From contig JAQUPF010000001.1 in assembly GCA_028716845.1 (NCBI GenBank), forward strand, positions 119,647-183,646: 64,000 nucleotides of DNA, written 5' to 3'. Shown in pieces: positions 44,401 to 54,214 of this stretch. The position numbers and the translations under genes were made by a program. The DNA is from a bacterium. Lineage in GTDB: Bacteria > Auribacterota > Tritonobacteria > UBA1439. Numbering within the stretch: the first letter of the stretch is position 1; the number at the start of each line of letters is the position of its first letter. The notes beneath the pieces were generated by a model. The model made no database searches and was not told where the DNA came from. It saw only the letters and a program-made list of their open reading frames with translations.

Positions 44401-47400
44401 TCAGGCCAGTTCCGCCTCGATCTCCGCCACCCGCCCCTCCCGGATGGCGCGGGCGAGACGACCGTCCAGGACGGGGGCGTCGATCTCGCGCCGCCGCCCG
44501 TCGCGGAATCGGAGGCGGTATCTCGATACGCGCGCCCCGCCCGGGCCGTAGGTGTCCCTCCGGCCGGCGTTCCGGTAGACGACGCGCGCCCCACCGAGGA
44601 GGCGGAAGGCGAATGCGTTCCGCGGGAGGACGAACCGCCGCGGGGCGCCGCCCGCGCCGGCGTCGGTCGCCTCCCGGGGGCGCCGGCTGAAGAGCCAGGC
44701 GGGGAGGGCGGGCCGGAGACGGAAGCGGAGGAGACCGTCCTCCATGAAGAACGGATCGGGTCCGGCGGTCATCAGCGTCCAGATATGGAGCATCTCGCCG
44801 GTCACCCCGCTCAGCCGGGGCTGCAGGCCGCGGCCGTGCATCTTCTCGTCGGGGAAGGCGGAGCTGACGATGAACGAGACGTTCTCGAGGATGCTCCGGC
44901 CGTACACCCGGGGGGAGAGGAACGGGGGGAGCATGCTCCTGATGTCGGAGAAGAACGATTCGTGGAGGCCGGACCGGAGGAGCTCCAGGAGAAACTTGAA
45001 CTCCATGTGCGTGTAGACCGACTCGTTCTCGATCCAGCCCGGCCCCCACGCGAGGACCCGCCCGATTTCGAAGGGGGCCCCCGAAAGGGGCGCGCACACC
45101 TTGTACATCTTCAGGCGCCGGTCGAAGAGGCCGGAGTTCCGCACCGCCCGGTAGATCTCCCCCGCCCGTTCCGGGTGGACCCTGAGGAAGTGGACCGGCC
45201 CCTCCAGGAAGAGGGGGAGGGGCTCCTGCCGGAAGGCGAGCGGCTCGACGAGGGGCAGGCCGTCCGCGTTCCGGAGCGGCCGGCCGTCCCTCCCCCGCCG
45301 CCTCCGGAAGCGGGTCACCCGGTTCACCAGGTAGGTGTAGGGAATGCCGGCGGGATCGAACACCGCGCGGCGGTTCTCCGGCCGGTAGATGCGGAGGACC
45401 ACCCGCAGCCCCGACTCGAGGAAGCGCCCGATCCGGTCCCGGTCGAGCGGGGTCTCGCCTCCCTCGAGGCCGGCGGCGGTCCGGGCGCGGTACCGCTCCT
45501 TCAGGGCGTTGCTGCGGTCCCAGTAGCGGAACGCGCCGATCTTTCCGGCGGCCCGCCGCTCGCAGAGGTCGGCGAGGCCGTCCATGAACGCCGCCAGTTC
45601 CGAACAGACCCTGACCGGCCGCCGGATCACGTCGAGCCGCGAGAGGAGGAACCGCAGGACCCGCTCCAGCTCGAACGTCTGGCAGAGGGACGAACCGATG
45701 AGGCCGGGGAGGCCGTTCATGGAATCGTTCCAGCCGGGCTTGTCGGCCTCCATCTCGACGCCGATCCCGGCCGGATCGAGCGTGGCGAGGCGGTTTGCCG
45801 CGCAGCAGAGCAGCTTCACGAGGAGGCAGGTGGAATAGATCTTCCCCGCCCCCCCGTCGATCCGCACCCGGCGCTGGTCGGCGGCGCGGGCGGCGACGCG
45901 CCGCTCCTTCCCGGCGTCGCGCCTGACGGCGCCGTACCGCCGGACGCCGCCGCCGGTCAGGACGTATTTCTCGGCCCGGGGGACGACGAGGTCGGGATTG
46001 TCGTAGAAATAGTACCGGCGGTTCCCCACGAGGAGCTCCTCCGCCCGCTCCGGATACACGGAGAGGAACGAATCGATCAGGTCGAGATTGTAGAGCCAGT
46101 GATCCACCCAGTACCCCTCGTGGATGCCGGCAAAATCGCTCTCCGCGCAGAAACGAAGCAGCCGGGAGAGGAGGCGGTCGGCGTCGTCCGCGCCCCGGAC
46201 CCGCGCCTTCCGCGCCTTCATCACGAATTCACCGGGAGCGAACGGGCGGGAGAGCAGCCGCTGCAGTTCCTCGATCCCTTTTCCCCGGGCGTGCAGGCGC
46301 AGCCAGCGGCGGCAGGCGGTCTTCCGGACGACGCGGTAGGTGACCTGGTTGATCTCGAGAGGGTTGTAGCCGTCGGTCTGGATGAGGCTCATGAAGAGAC
46401 GGATGTTCTCGTCGCCGGTTTGGGGGAAGAACCACGCGTCGAGGCGGCGGTTCTGGTTGACGCTCCGGTAGTGGCCGGTCCCCTGCGAGTAGAAGGTGGG
46501 CTCCAGGATGAAGAAATGGTAGTCGCGCTCGAGGTCGCCGTTCTGGCGGGAGTAGATGTAGAAGGCGGATTTCCCCTCGGCGGTGTTCCATACGACGGGC
46601 ATCCCGCCGCGGATCACGTTGTCGAGGAAGGTCTGCTCGCAGTAATGGTCGAAGGCGGGCTCGGCGCTCGCGGTAAGGCACCGCTTCCCGATCGACCGGA
46701 GGACCGCGGCGTTCTCGGCCCGCTTCCGCTCGAAGGAGCGCGCGCTCAGCCGGCGGAGGAGGCGGGGGACCGCCGCCTCCTCCGCCTGCCCGATGAGGGA
46801 ATGGACGCGGAACGAGCGGCCGGACGGGAGGCGGAAGGGGGCGGCGGTGAAGGCGCACGGAGTCCTGTTCTGCCTGACCTGCGGCAGGCGGCCGATCGCC
46901 CCGGGCCCGATCGCCTCCAGGCCCCACGGCCGGTCGTAGATCTCGGCATCGCCGAATATCGCGGCCGGGTCCACGACGTAGACGGCGCGCCGGGGATCGG
47001 GGTTGCCGGAGGTCAGGGAGGCGTAGTAGGTGCCCCGCCGGATTTGCTCCACCCGCTCGACGTCCGCCGGGCTCTGCTTGAGGCGGAAGACGGGGACGCC
47101 GGCCCGCGGAAAGACCCCCATCATCCCCTCGATGTGGCGGGCGGTGGTGTGGAGGATCGCGCAGTCGCATCCGAACGGCAGGATCCGCGCCGCGCCGTCG
47201 ACGATCTCACCCTCCAGGCGGCGGGAGGAGATGTTGCGGATGGTGACCGTCCTGAGGAGGGCGGGGTACTCCTCCCCGGGGAGGGTGAAGTAGGTCGCCG
47301 TCGTCTCGAGCCCCAGGCGGGGATCCGATTCCACGAGCGTCAGTTCGCCGGGGCCGACGATCATGCGCTGGACGACCGTCCCGCGGCGGCGCTTCCTGAA

Positions 47401-47673
47401 CGGCTCGTGGATCCGGCCCCGCCCGATCCGGATGAAGGTGCGGAAGCCCTGCTGCCCCACGACCTGGAGCGCGCGGTTGAACGAGAGGAACTCCAGGATC
47501 TGGTTGTCCTTGTCCCGCACGCCCGCGGAGCAGAGGCACTGGGCGCGGCTCACGTAGTAGGCCCACATCGGGATCCCGGTCTTCCCGGCGATCCCGGGGA
47601 GAAAATTGGAGAACGCCGGTTTCCAGTTGTAGTCCTCGACGACGAAGGACCCGTCGGGGGTGATCGTCCGCAT
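44401..47673 (-). CDS. Large (1090 aa) protein resembling (alpha/alpha)6-barrel glycoside phosphorylases/hydrolases (GH94-like). Function unknown.
   Basis: ATG at 47673 follows GGAGGGAATTCG. Motifs KPGWNDSMNGL (compare DWNDxLN of cellobiose phosphorylases), YSRQNGDLERDYHFF and NESVYTHMEFKF. The assignment is by resemblance only. Confidence 0.5.
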   Translation of the reverse strand: MRTITPDGSFVVEDYNWKPAFSNFLPGIAGKTGIPMWAYYVSRAQCLCSAGVRDKDNQILEFLSFNRALQVVGQQGFRTFIRIGRGRIHEPFRKRRRGTVVQRMIVGPGELTLVESDPRLGLETTATYFTLPGEEYPALLRTVTIRNISSRRLEGEIVDGAARILPFGCDCAILHTTARHIEGMMGVFPRAGVPVFRLKQSPADVERVEQIRRGTYYASLTSGNPDPRRAVYVVDPAAIFGDAEIYDRPWGLEAIGPGAIGRLPQVRQNRTPCAFTAAPFRLPSGRSFRVHSLIGQAEEAAVPRLLRRLSARSFERKRAENAAVLRSIGKRCLTASAEPAFDHYCEQTFLDNVIRGGMPVVWNTAEGKSAFYIYSRQNGDLERDYHFFILEPTFYSQGTGHYRSVNQNRRLDAWFFPQTGDENIRLFMSLIQTDGYNPLEINQVTYRVVRKTACRRWLRLHARGKGIEELQRLLSRPFAPGEFVMKARKARVRGADDADRLLSRLLRFCAESDFAGIHEGYWVDHWLYNLDLIDSFLSVYPERAEELLVGNRRYYFYDNPDLVVPRAEKYVLTGGGVRRYGAVRRDAGKERRVAARAADQRRVRIDGGAGKIYSTCLLVKLLCCAANRLATLDPAGIGVEMEADKPGWNDSMNGLPGLIGSSLCQTFELERVLRFLLSRLDVIRRPVRVCSELAAFMDGLADLCERRAAGKIGAFRYWDRSNALKERYRARTAAGLEGGETPLDRDRIGRFLESGLRVVLRIYRPENRRAVFDPAGIPYTYLVNRVTRFRRRRGRDGRPLRNADGLPLVEPLAFRQEPLPLFLEGPVHFLRVHPERAGEIYRAVRNSGLFDRRLKMYKVCAPLSGAPFEIGRVLAWGPGWIENESVYTHMEFKFLLELLRSGLHESFFSDIRSMLPPFLSPRVYGRSILENVSFIVSSAFPDEKMHGRGLQPRLSGVTGEMLHIWTLMTAGPDPFFMEDGLLRFRLRPALPAWLFSRRPREATDAGAGGAPRRFVLPRNAFAFRLLGGARVVYRNAGRRDTYGPGGARVSRYRLRFRDGRRREIDAPVLDGRLARAIREGRVAEIEAELA

Positions 47674-47717
47674 CGAATTCCCTCCGCCCGCGCGGCGGGG
47701 CCGCGCCTTCATGCCGT

Positions 47718-49427
47718 TCATGCGCACCGGAGCGTCCGGAGCCGGTTGATCGCCGCCGCTACTTCCAGCATCCGCGGCATCGCGTAGTCGCCCCTGCGGT
47801 ACGGCGACAGGATGTCCATCCCCTTCTCCCGGAGGTCGCGCTCGACGAGGGCGAGCGCCTCGGCGAGCGTCCGGCTCCCGTCGAGGCACCGGCGGGCGGC
47901 GTGGAGGATGATGTCGCCGACGGCGCGGGTCTGGCTGATGTCGACGAGCTGCTCGACGAAGGAGAGATCGATCGTGCTCCGGCCGAACGCGATCGCGTGG
48001 AGCCCCTTCGCGGCGACGCTCGCCTCCCGCCTGCCGCGGCTCGCGTCGAGGCTCTCCGGCAGGGGACGCCGCGGCCGCACCGCGCCGAAGCGCTCGCCGC
48101 CCTCGAACGCCCTCCCCGTGCCCCCCTCGGCGGCGATCCGCCTCGCCTCCGCGGTGACGTCCTTCGGGAGGTACTCGTCCATCATGATGACCGTGTCGGC
48201 GACCTCGAAGTAGTCGCCCGCCCCGCCCATGACGAGGATCGTGGAGACGCCGAGGTCCCGGTGGAGCTGGCGCACCTTGTCGATGAAGGGCGTGATCGGC
48301 TCCCGATCCTTCGAGACGAGGCGCTGCATCCGTGCGTCGCGGATCATGAAGTTCGTCGCCGATGTGTCCTCGTCGATAAGGAGGAGGCGGGCGCCCGCCT
48401 CGAGCGCCTCCATGATGTTCGCCGCCTGCGACGTCGAGCCGCTCGCGTCCGCGGTCGAGAAGGAGCGCGTGTCCCGGCCGAAGGGGAGGTTCGTGATGAA
48501 GGGGCTTATGTCCACCTTCTCGACGAACCTGCCGTCCTCGGCGCGGATCTTGACCGCGAGCGGATCGGTGACGACGAGCTCGCGCCCGTCGCCGGGGAGG
48601 TGATCGTAGACCCCCTTCTCGACGGCGTTGAGGAGCGTGGACTTTCCGTGGTAGCCGCCGCCGACCACGAGCGTCACCCCCTCCGGGACGCCCATGCCGG
48701 TCACCGCGCCCCGGTGCGGCGTGCGGAACTCGACCCGCAGGGCGTCGGGCGACCGGAAGGCCACGACGTCCCTGCCGGCGAGCGGCCGATCGTCGACGCC
48801 GCTCGCGCGGGGGAGGATCGCCCCGTCGGCGACGAAGGCGACGAGGCGCCGCTCCCGCAGGCCGTCCCGTATGAAGGCGGCGTCCTCGACCGCGTCCACA
48901 TGCCGCGCGGCGGCCGCCGCGTCCAGATGCCGCCAGACGAGCGCCTTCTCGACCAGGTACGGGATCTCATCGAAGAAGATCGCCGCGGCCTGCCGGCCGA
49001 GGACGGTCCTCCCCCTCGCCGGCAGCCCCACGACGAACCGCGCCTCGACCGCCGCCTCGCCGACGAGGACGGCGGTGCGCCTGATCACCTCCTGCGGGGG
49101 GCCGTCGATGGAGATGAGGCCGCTCCTCCCCGTGCCGCGGCTCCCGGGTCGGGAGCGCCCCGAGAGCTCGTGGAACCGTCGCGCGAGGAAATCCTCGAGC
49201 GCCGTCCGGCGGACCGCGTTCGAGAAGAGGCCGGGCGGGAAACCCGCCTCCGCCTGTGACAGGCGGGCGATGATCTGGGACGGCGGGGCGAACGGATCCG
49301 GCTGGACGTAATCCACGGTGAGCCGGTACGAGCCGAAATCATACTCGCCGCGGATGTCCTCGTAGGCCTTGTAGCCTCGGCCGTCGATCCGCGCGAGCAC
49401 GGCCCTGAGCGTGTCGGGAGTTTTCAT
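47718..49427 (-). CDS. ABC-class ATPase (ABC_ATPase family, COG3044-like)
   Basis: RIDGRGYKAYEDIRGEYDFGSYRLTVDYVQPDPFAPPSQ is the family N-terminus. Walker A GGGYHGKSTLL and Walker B LLLIDEDTSATNF are present. Confidence 0.8.
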   Translation of the reverse strand: MKTPDTLRAVLARIDGRGYKAYEDIRGEYDFGSYRLTVDYVQPDPFAPPSQIIARLSQAEAGFPPGLFSNAVRRTALEDFLARRFHELSGRSRPGSRGTGRSGLISIDGPPQEVIRRTAVLVGEAAVEARFVVGLPARGRTVLGRQAAAIFFDEIPYLVEKALVWRHLDAAAAARHVDAVEDAAFIRDGLRERRLVAFVADGAILPRASGVDDRPLAGRDVVAFRSPDALRVEFRTPHRGAVTGMGVPEGVTLVVGGGYHGKSTLLNAVEKGVYDHLPGDGRELVVTDPLAVKIRAEDGRFVEKVDISPFITNLPFGRDTRSFSTADASGSTSQAANIMEALEAGARLLLIDEDTSATNFMIRDARMQRLVSKDREPITPFIDKVRQLHRDLGVSTILVMGGAGDYFEVADTVIMMDEYLPKDVTAEARRIAAEGGTGRAFEGGERFGAVRPRRPLPESLDASRGRREASVAAKGLHAIAFGRSTIDLSFVEQLVDISQTRAVGDIILHAARRCLDGSRTLAEALALVERDLREKGMDILSPYRRGDYAMPRMLEVAAAINRLRTLRCA

Positions 49428-49711
49428 CCGTCTTTCCCGGGAAACCGGGGGGAAGGGAATCCTGCGCCTCCGGAGTGGGTCCATTATATCCTCAGCGCCC
49501 CTTCCCCTCAAGCCCCGCGGGCCTTTTTTCCATACGCACCGGATTTAAAATTTCCGCGGCTGGAATAAAACCGTTCCCCGCTTCGTCTTATAGGATGGAG
49601 GAACAAACAGCCGCAAGAGAGGAGGAGGTCGCCATGCATCCACCTTGAGCAGCGGACGGGGGAGGCCGGCCCCACGCTGAAATCCAGATTGCGACAGACA
49701 GGGTCCGCGGG

Positions 49712-49850
49712 GTGATATATTATGAGAGCGGCATCCGCGGCTCAGCATGGGTGCGCTTCGAGGAGTGCGCCCACGTGCCGCATCTCGAAGAGACCGGGCG
49801 CTCCCTCCGGGCGCTCGGCTCGTTCCTCGACCGTGTCGAGGGGCGTGGCG
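49712..49850 (+). pseudogene. Possible C-terminal remnant of an alpha/beta-hydrolase gene
   Basis: [26 protein letters not shown] resembles the catalytic-His end (GHxPxxExP...FL) of alpha/beta hydrolases. No upstream body is present. Confidence 0.25.
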
Positions 49851-49881
49851 GAAACGGGGGGAGGAGAGAGGAGGGGGTGTC

Positions 49882-50304
49882 ATGGGCATGCTGAAGGAGT
49901 TCAAGGAGTTCGCCATGCGCGGCAACGTCATGGACATGGCGATCGGCATCATCATCGGCGGGGCGTTCGGGAAAATCGTCACCTCGCTCGTGAACGACGT
50001 CATCATGCCGCCGATCGGCAAGATCATGGGGAACGTGGACTTCTCCAGCCTCTTCGTCGTCATCGGCCAGGGGGAGTACCCGTCCCTCGCCGCGGCGAAG
50101 GCCGCCGGGGCGGCGACGATCAACTACGGCGAGTTCATCAACACGATCGTCAATTTCCTGATCATCGCCTTCTCGATCTTCATGGTGGTGAAGGTGATGA
50201 ACGCCGCCAAGAAGAAGGAAGAGGCCGCGCCCGCCGCCCCGCCCCCGCCGTCGGGCGAGGAGAGGCTGCTGACGGAGATCCGCGACCTCCTGAAGCGGGG
50301 CTGA
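49882..50304 (+). CDS. mscL: Large-conductance mechanosensitive channel
   Basis: [44 protein letters not shown]. Confidence 0.95.
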   Translation: MGMLKEFKEFAMRGNVMDMAIGIIIGGAFGKIVTSLVNDVIMPPIGKIMGNVDFSSLFVVIGQGEYPSLAAAKAAGAATINYGEFINTIVNFLIIAFSIFMVVKVMNAAKKKEEAAPAAPPPPSGEERLLTEIRDLLKRG

Positions 50305-50345
50305 ACCGGGTCCCTGGTGCGGCGCCGCGGGGCGGCCGTCACGAG

Positions 50346-50981
50346 ATGGAAGGCGTTACGGTGCGAAAGGCCGTGGAGGCCGACATCCCCGTCCTCGTCC
50401 GCCGTCTCGCGCCCTCCTTCGCCGCCCAGCCGCTCACCGAGTGGATTCTCGGCCGGGGCGAGCGGGCGGTACGGAAGGGGGAGCGCGTTCTCGAACTGGA
50501 TTTCAGGAACGCGCTCCCCTACGGCCTCATGTACACGACGGGCGGCCTGGACGGGGCCGCCCTCTGGCATCCCCCCGACAGGCGGGAGACGCTCCGGGGA
50601 AACCTCAGCCGGGCGGCACGGCTCATTCTCATCATCGGGCCAACCGCGCGCCTCCCGCGGCAGCTCGCCGCGTTCCTCCGGTTCGGGCGGCTGTTCCCGA
50701 AGACCCCTCACTACTACCTCTCGCTCCTCGCGGTCGCGCCGGCCGCGCAGGGGCGGGGGATCGGCTCGGCGCTGCTGGCGCCCGTCCTCGGCGTCTGCGA
50801 CGCCCGCGGTGTCCCGGCCTACACCGTCACGGATTACGAGCCCAACATCGCGTTCTATTCCCGGCTCGACTTCCGCGTGCGGGACGTCTTTCCGGCCGGC
50901 GGGGGGGGCGTGCGGGCCTGGACGCTCTGGCGCGAGCCGCGGGGGGGCGGCGGCCCGAGACGGGGGGAAGGAGAACAATGA
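50346..50981 (+). CDS. GNAT-family N-acetyltransferase
   Basis: LLAVAPAAQGRGIGSALL is the acetyl-CoA motif A. Confidence 0.7.
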   Translation: MEGVTVRKAVEADIPVLVRRLAPSFAAQPLTEWILGRGERAVRKGERVLELDFRNALPYGLMYTTGGLDGAALWHPPDRRETLRGNLSRAARLILIIGPTARLPRQLAAFLRFGRLFPKTPHYYLSLLAVAPAAQGRGIGSALLAPVLGVCDARGVPAYTVTDYEPNIAFYSRLDFRVRDVFPAGGGGVRAWTLWREPRGGGGPRRGEGEQ

Positions 50982-51667
50982 GGGGGCGACACCCGGCGAT
51001 CATCCCGGCGGCGCTCGCCGCGGCGATCTGCCTCGTCACGGGCTGCCGCGAATCGCCCGATGAACCACGGAACGGGGGGAGGAGCCCCGCGGCGGAGAGG
51101 ATCCGCGTCGCCTGCGTCGGCGACAGCATCACGTACGGGATGGGGATCCGGGACAGGGCGCGCAACTGTTACCCGGCGGTCCTCGGACGGCTGCTCGGGG
51201 GACGGTACGAGGTGCGCAATTTCGGTGTGAGCGGGGCGACGATGCTCGCGAAGGGGGTGTTCCCCTACCGGCGGCAGCGGGCGTTCGCCCGGGCGACCGA
51301 CTTCGCCCCCCATATCGTCGTCATCATGCTCGGGACGAACGACGCCGCCCCCTGGAACCGGCGGCACATGGGGGAGTTCGCCGCCGACTGCGCGGCGATG
51401 GTCGAACACTTCAGGCGGCTCCCGTCGGGGCCGCGCGTCTTCCTCTGCCTCCCGCCGCCGGTCTACATGGACGGGGAGGAGCGCCCGAACGAGGCGATCC
51501 CGATCATTCGGCAGGTCGCCGGGGAGAACGGCGTCCCCCTCATCGACGTCGACGCCTCGCTCCGCGGGAGGCCGGAGCTGTTCCCCGACGGCGTCCATCC
51601 GGGCGCGGCCGGCGCGGAGGTCATGGCGAAGGCGGTTTACCGGGCGATCACGGCACGGGGGGGATGA
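50978..51667 (+). CDS. SGNH/GDSL-family hydrolase lipoprotein
   Basis: Lipobox LVTGC. Block I VACVGDSITYG, block III MLGTND and block V DGVHP. ATGA overlap with the GNAT gene. Confidence 0.8.
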   Translation: MRGRHPAIIPAALAAAICLVTGCRESPDEPRNGGRSPAAERIRVACVGDSITYGMGIRDRARNCYPAVLGRLLGGRYEVRNFGVSGATMLAKGVFPYRRQRAFARATDFAPHIVVIMLGTNDAAPWNRRHMGEFAADCAAMVEHFRRLPSGPRVFLCLPPPVYMDGEERPNEAIPIIRQVAGENGVPLIDVDASLRGRPELFPDGVHPGAAGAEVMAKAVYRAITARGG

Positions 51668-51687
51668 CGAGGCCGCGGCCCGGGGCG

Positions 51688-52761
51688 TCATCCCGGGAGG
51701 CGCCGGATCTCCTCGAGGAGCGCCTTCAGGAAATCCCGCTCCCTCACCTTCCGGACGATCCTCCCCCGCCGGAAGATGAGCCCCTCGCCCCTCCCGGCGG
51801 CGAGGCCGACGTCCGCCTCGCGCGCCTCGCCGGGGCCGTTCACGGCGCAGCCCATGACGGCGACCGTGATCGGCCTCGTCTCCCTCCCGAGCGCGCGCTG
51901 GACCTCGCGGACGAGCCGCCGCAGGTCGATCCGGCACCGGCCGCAGGTCGGGCAGGAAACGAGGGAGGGGCCGAACGACCTGAAACCGAGCGACTGGAGG
52001 AGCTCCTTCGCGATCTCGACCTCCGTCGCCGGGTCGCCGGTCACCGAGACGCGGATCGTGTCGCCGATCCCCCGGAGGAGGAGGTGGCCGATCCCGGCGG
52101 CGGAGCGCACCGCCGCGATCAGCGGCGGCCCCGCCTCGGTGACGCCGACGTGGAGCGGCCAGTCCGTCCGGGCCGAGACGCGCTCGTAGGCGGCGATCGT
52201 GCCGGTGACGGAGGAGGCCTTCACCGATATCTTGATGCGGTCGTGCCCCGCGTCCTCGATCGCCCGCACGCAGGCGAGGGCGCTCTCGGCGAGCGCCTCG
52301 GATGTCGGGCCGCCGTGCTTCTCGAGGAGGCGCCGCTCCACCGAGCCGGCGTTCACGCCGACGCGGATCGCCACCCCCGCGGCGGCGGCGGCCCTCGCCA
52401 CCGCCGCGACCCGCCTCGCCCCGCCGATGTTCCCCGGGTTGATGCGGACGCCGTCGGCGCCCGCCTCGATGGCGAGGAGGGCGAGCCGGTGGTCGAAGTG
52501 GATGTCGGCCACGAGCGGGACCGGTATCCCCCGGCGGATCCGCCCGACCGCGTGCGCGGCGGCCGCGTCGGGGACGGCGACGCGGACGATCTCGCACCCG
52601 GCGCGGGCGAGCCGGCGGCACTGCCGCACGGTGGCCGGGACGTCGTCCGCCCGCGTCGTCGTCATCGACTGGACCGACACGGGGGCGCCGCCGCCGATCG
52701 GCACGCCGCCGAGGACGATCCGCCTCGTCTTCTTCCGCCCGACGGGCTCGCGGGATTCCAT
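51688..52761 (-). CDS. ispG: 4-hydroxy-3-methylbut-2-en-1-yl diphosphate synthase
   Basis: PVSVQSMT...RINPGNIG...CPTCGR. Confidence 0.93.
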   Translation of the reverse strand: MESREPVGRKKTRRIVLGGVPIGGGAPVSVQSMTTTRADDVPATVRQCRRLARAGCEIVRVAVPDAAAAHAVGRIRRGIPVPLVADIHFDHRLALLAIEAGADGVRINPGNIGGARRVAAVARAAAAAGVAIRVGVNAGSVERRLLEKHGGPTSEALAESALACVRAIEDAGHDRIKISVKASSVTGTIAAYERVSARTDWPLHVGVTEAGPPLIAAVRSAAGIGHLLLRGIGDTIRVSVTGDPATEVEIAKELLQSLGFRSFGPSLVSCPTCGRCRIDLRRLVREVQRALGRETRPITVAVMGCAVNGPGEAREADVGLAAGRGEGLIFRRGRIVRKVRERDFLKALLEEIRRLPG

Positions 52762-52774
52762 CGCCCCTCCTCCG

Positions 52775-54214
52775 TCACGGCCCCGGGAGAGGGGCCGGCG
52801 TCGCGGTCTCCCCCGCGGGGGTCTTCGCCCCGCCGCCGATGAGCCGGAGGATGGCCCCCCCCCACGTGCGCATGATGTCGTTCGCGAAGATGAGGAGCAT
52901 GAGGGCGACGAGGACGGTCATGAAGATGTTCTGGACGGTCGTCATGAATCGGGCCCCGAGCGGCCGCCGCCGGACCCCCTCCACGACCGTCAGCAGGATG
53001 TGCCCGCCGTCGAGGACGGGGACGGGGAGCAGGTTGATGACGGCGAGGTTCACGCTGATGAAGGCGATGACGAAGAGGAACTGCCGCGGCCCCGCGCGGA
53101 CGGAGTAGCTCATGATCTGGACGATGCCGATCGGGCCGGCGAGGCCGCGCGGCGAGATGGCGCGCGCGACGAGCCCCCTGAGCGTCAGGTACATCTCCCG
53201 GACGTTCCCCGCGATCCAGGAGAACGGGTCGCGGTGGACGTAGGCGATGAAGCCGTTCGCCTTCAGGTCGTCCATCGAGACGTCCTGCCGCAGCCGCACG
53301 CCGATGGCGGGATGGCCGAGCTCCGGGTTCTCCGTGGGGACGACCGTCGCATCGAGGGGCGCGCCGGCCCGCAGGAGGCCGAGCATGACGGGGACGCCCG
53401 CCCGCGCCCTGATCCGCTCCACGAGCTGATCCCACGCGTGCGCCGGCTCGCCGTCAACGGAGACGATGAAGTCGCCGTCCCGCACGCCGGCGGCCGCCGC
53501 CGGCGACCCCTCGAGGACATCCACCGAGATGAGATCGGTCGGCAGGATGCCGATCCGCCGCACCATGAGACGCTCGTCGCGCTCGGGCTCGATCGGCGCC
53601 GCGAACCGCTCGCCGCCGCGCTCCCACTCGACCTCGATCGGCGACCGCGCCGCCAGGACGATCGACCTGGTGACGTCCTCCCAGCGGCGGACCGCCCTGC
53701 CGTCGATGCGGACGACCCGGTCGCCGGGACGGAGTCCCGCCTCCCCGGCGGGGGACCCCTCCAGGACGCTCCCGATGACCGTGCTCTCCATGTTCGACGG
53801 GACGGGGAAGCCCGCGGCATAGAGGAACGAGTAGATCAGGAACGCGCTCAGGATGTTCATGAGCGGCCCGCAGGCGCAGACGAGGATGCGCGTCCCGATG
53901 GAGCTCGCGTAGTAGCCGTCCCGCACGCTCCGGGGGTCCGCCCCCTCCTCGTACTCCATCCCGGCGAGCTTCACGTAGCCGCCGAAGAAGATCCACGAGA
54001 TCCGGTACTCGGTCTCTCCACGCTTGAATCCCCACAGCCGCGGCGGGAATCCGATGGAGAAGACCTCGACGCGGATCCCCGAGAGCTTCGCGACGATGAA
54101 ATGGCCCAGCTCGTGGATGAAGACGACGACGCCGAGGGCGATGACGCCCATGGCGACGGGGAGGATCGACTCCGCCCGCAGGCCGAGGAAGGCGGCCGCC
54201 GCGCTCACGCCCAT
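52775..54214 (-). CDS. rseP: Site-2 protease RseP (M50) with PDZ domains
   Basis: ATG at 54214. HELGHFIVAK and NLLPVPVLDGGH are present. Confidence 0.9.
   Translation of the reverse strand: MGVSAAAAFLGLRAESILPVAMGVIALGVVVFIHELGHFIVAKLSGIRVEVFSIGFPPRLWGFKRGETEYRISWIFFGGYVKLAGMEYEEGADPRSVRDGYYASSIGTRILVCACGPLMNILSAFLIYSFLYAAGFPVPSNMESTVIGSVLEGSPAGEAGLRPGDRVVRIDGRAVRRWEDVTRSIVLAARSPIEVEWERGGERFAAPIEPERDERLMVRRIGILPTDLISVDVLEGSPAAAAGVRDGDFIVSVDGEPAHAWDQLVERIRARAGVPVMLGLLRAGAPLDATVVPTENPELGHPAIGVRLRQDVSMDDLKANGFIAYVHRDPFSWIAGNVREMYLTLRGLVARAISPRGLAGPIGIVQIMSYSVRAGPRQFLFVIAFISVNLAVINLLPVPVLDGGHILLTVVEGVRRRPLGARFMTTVQNIFMTVLVALMLLIFANDIMRTWGGAILRLIGGGAKTPAGETATPAPLPGP

Noticed and set aside
43594-47787. 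1397-aa plus-strand ORF, the longest in the track
   Set aside because: It is antisense to the well-supported 1090-aa gene, dtd and surE. Its composition is dominated by R/P/G/A/E/D low complexity with no recognisable motifs. This is a typical shadow ORF of high-GC DNA.
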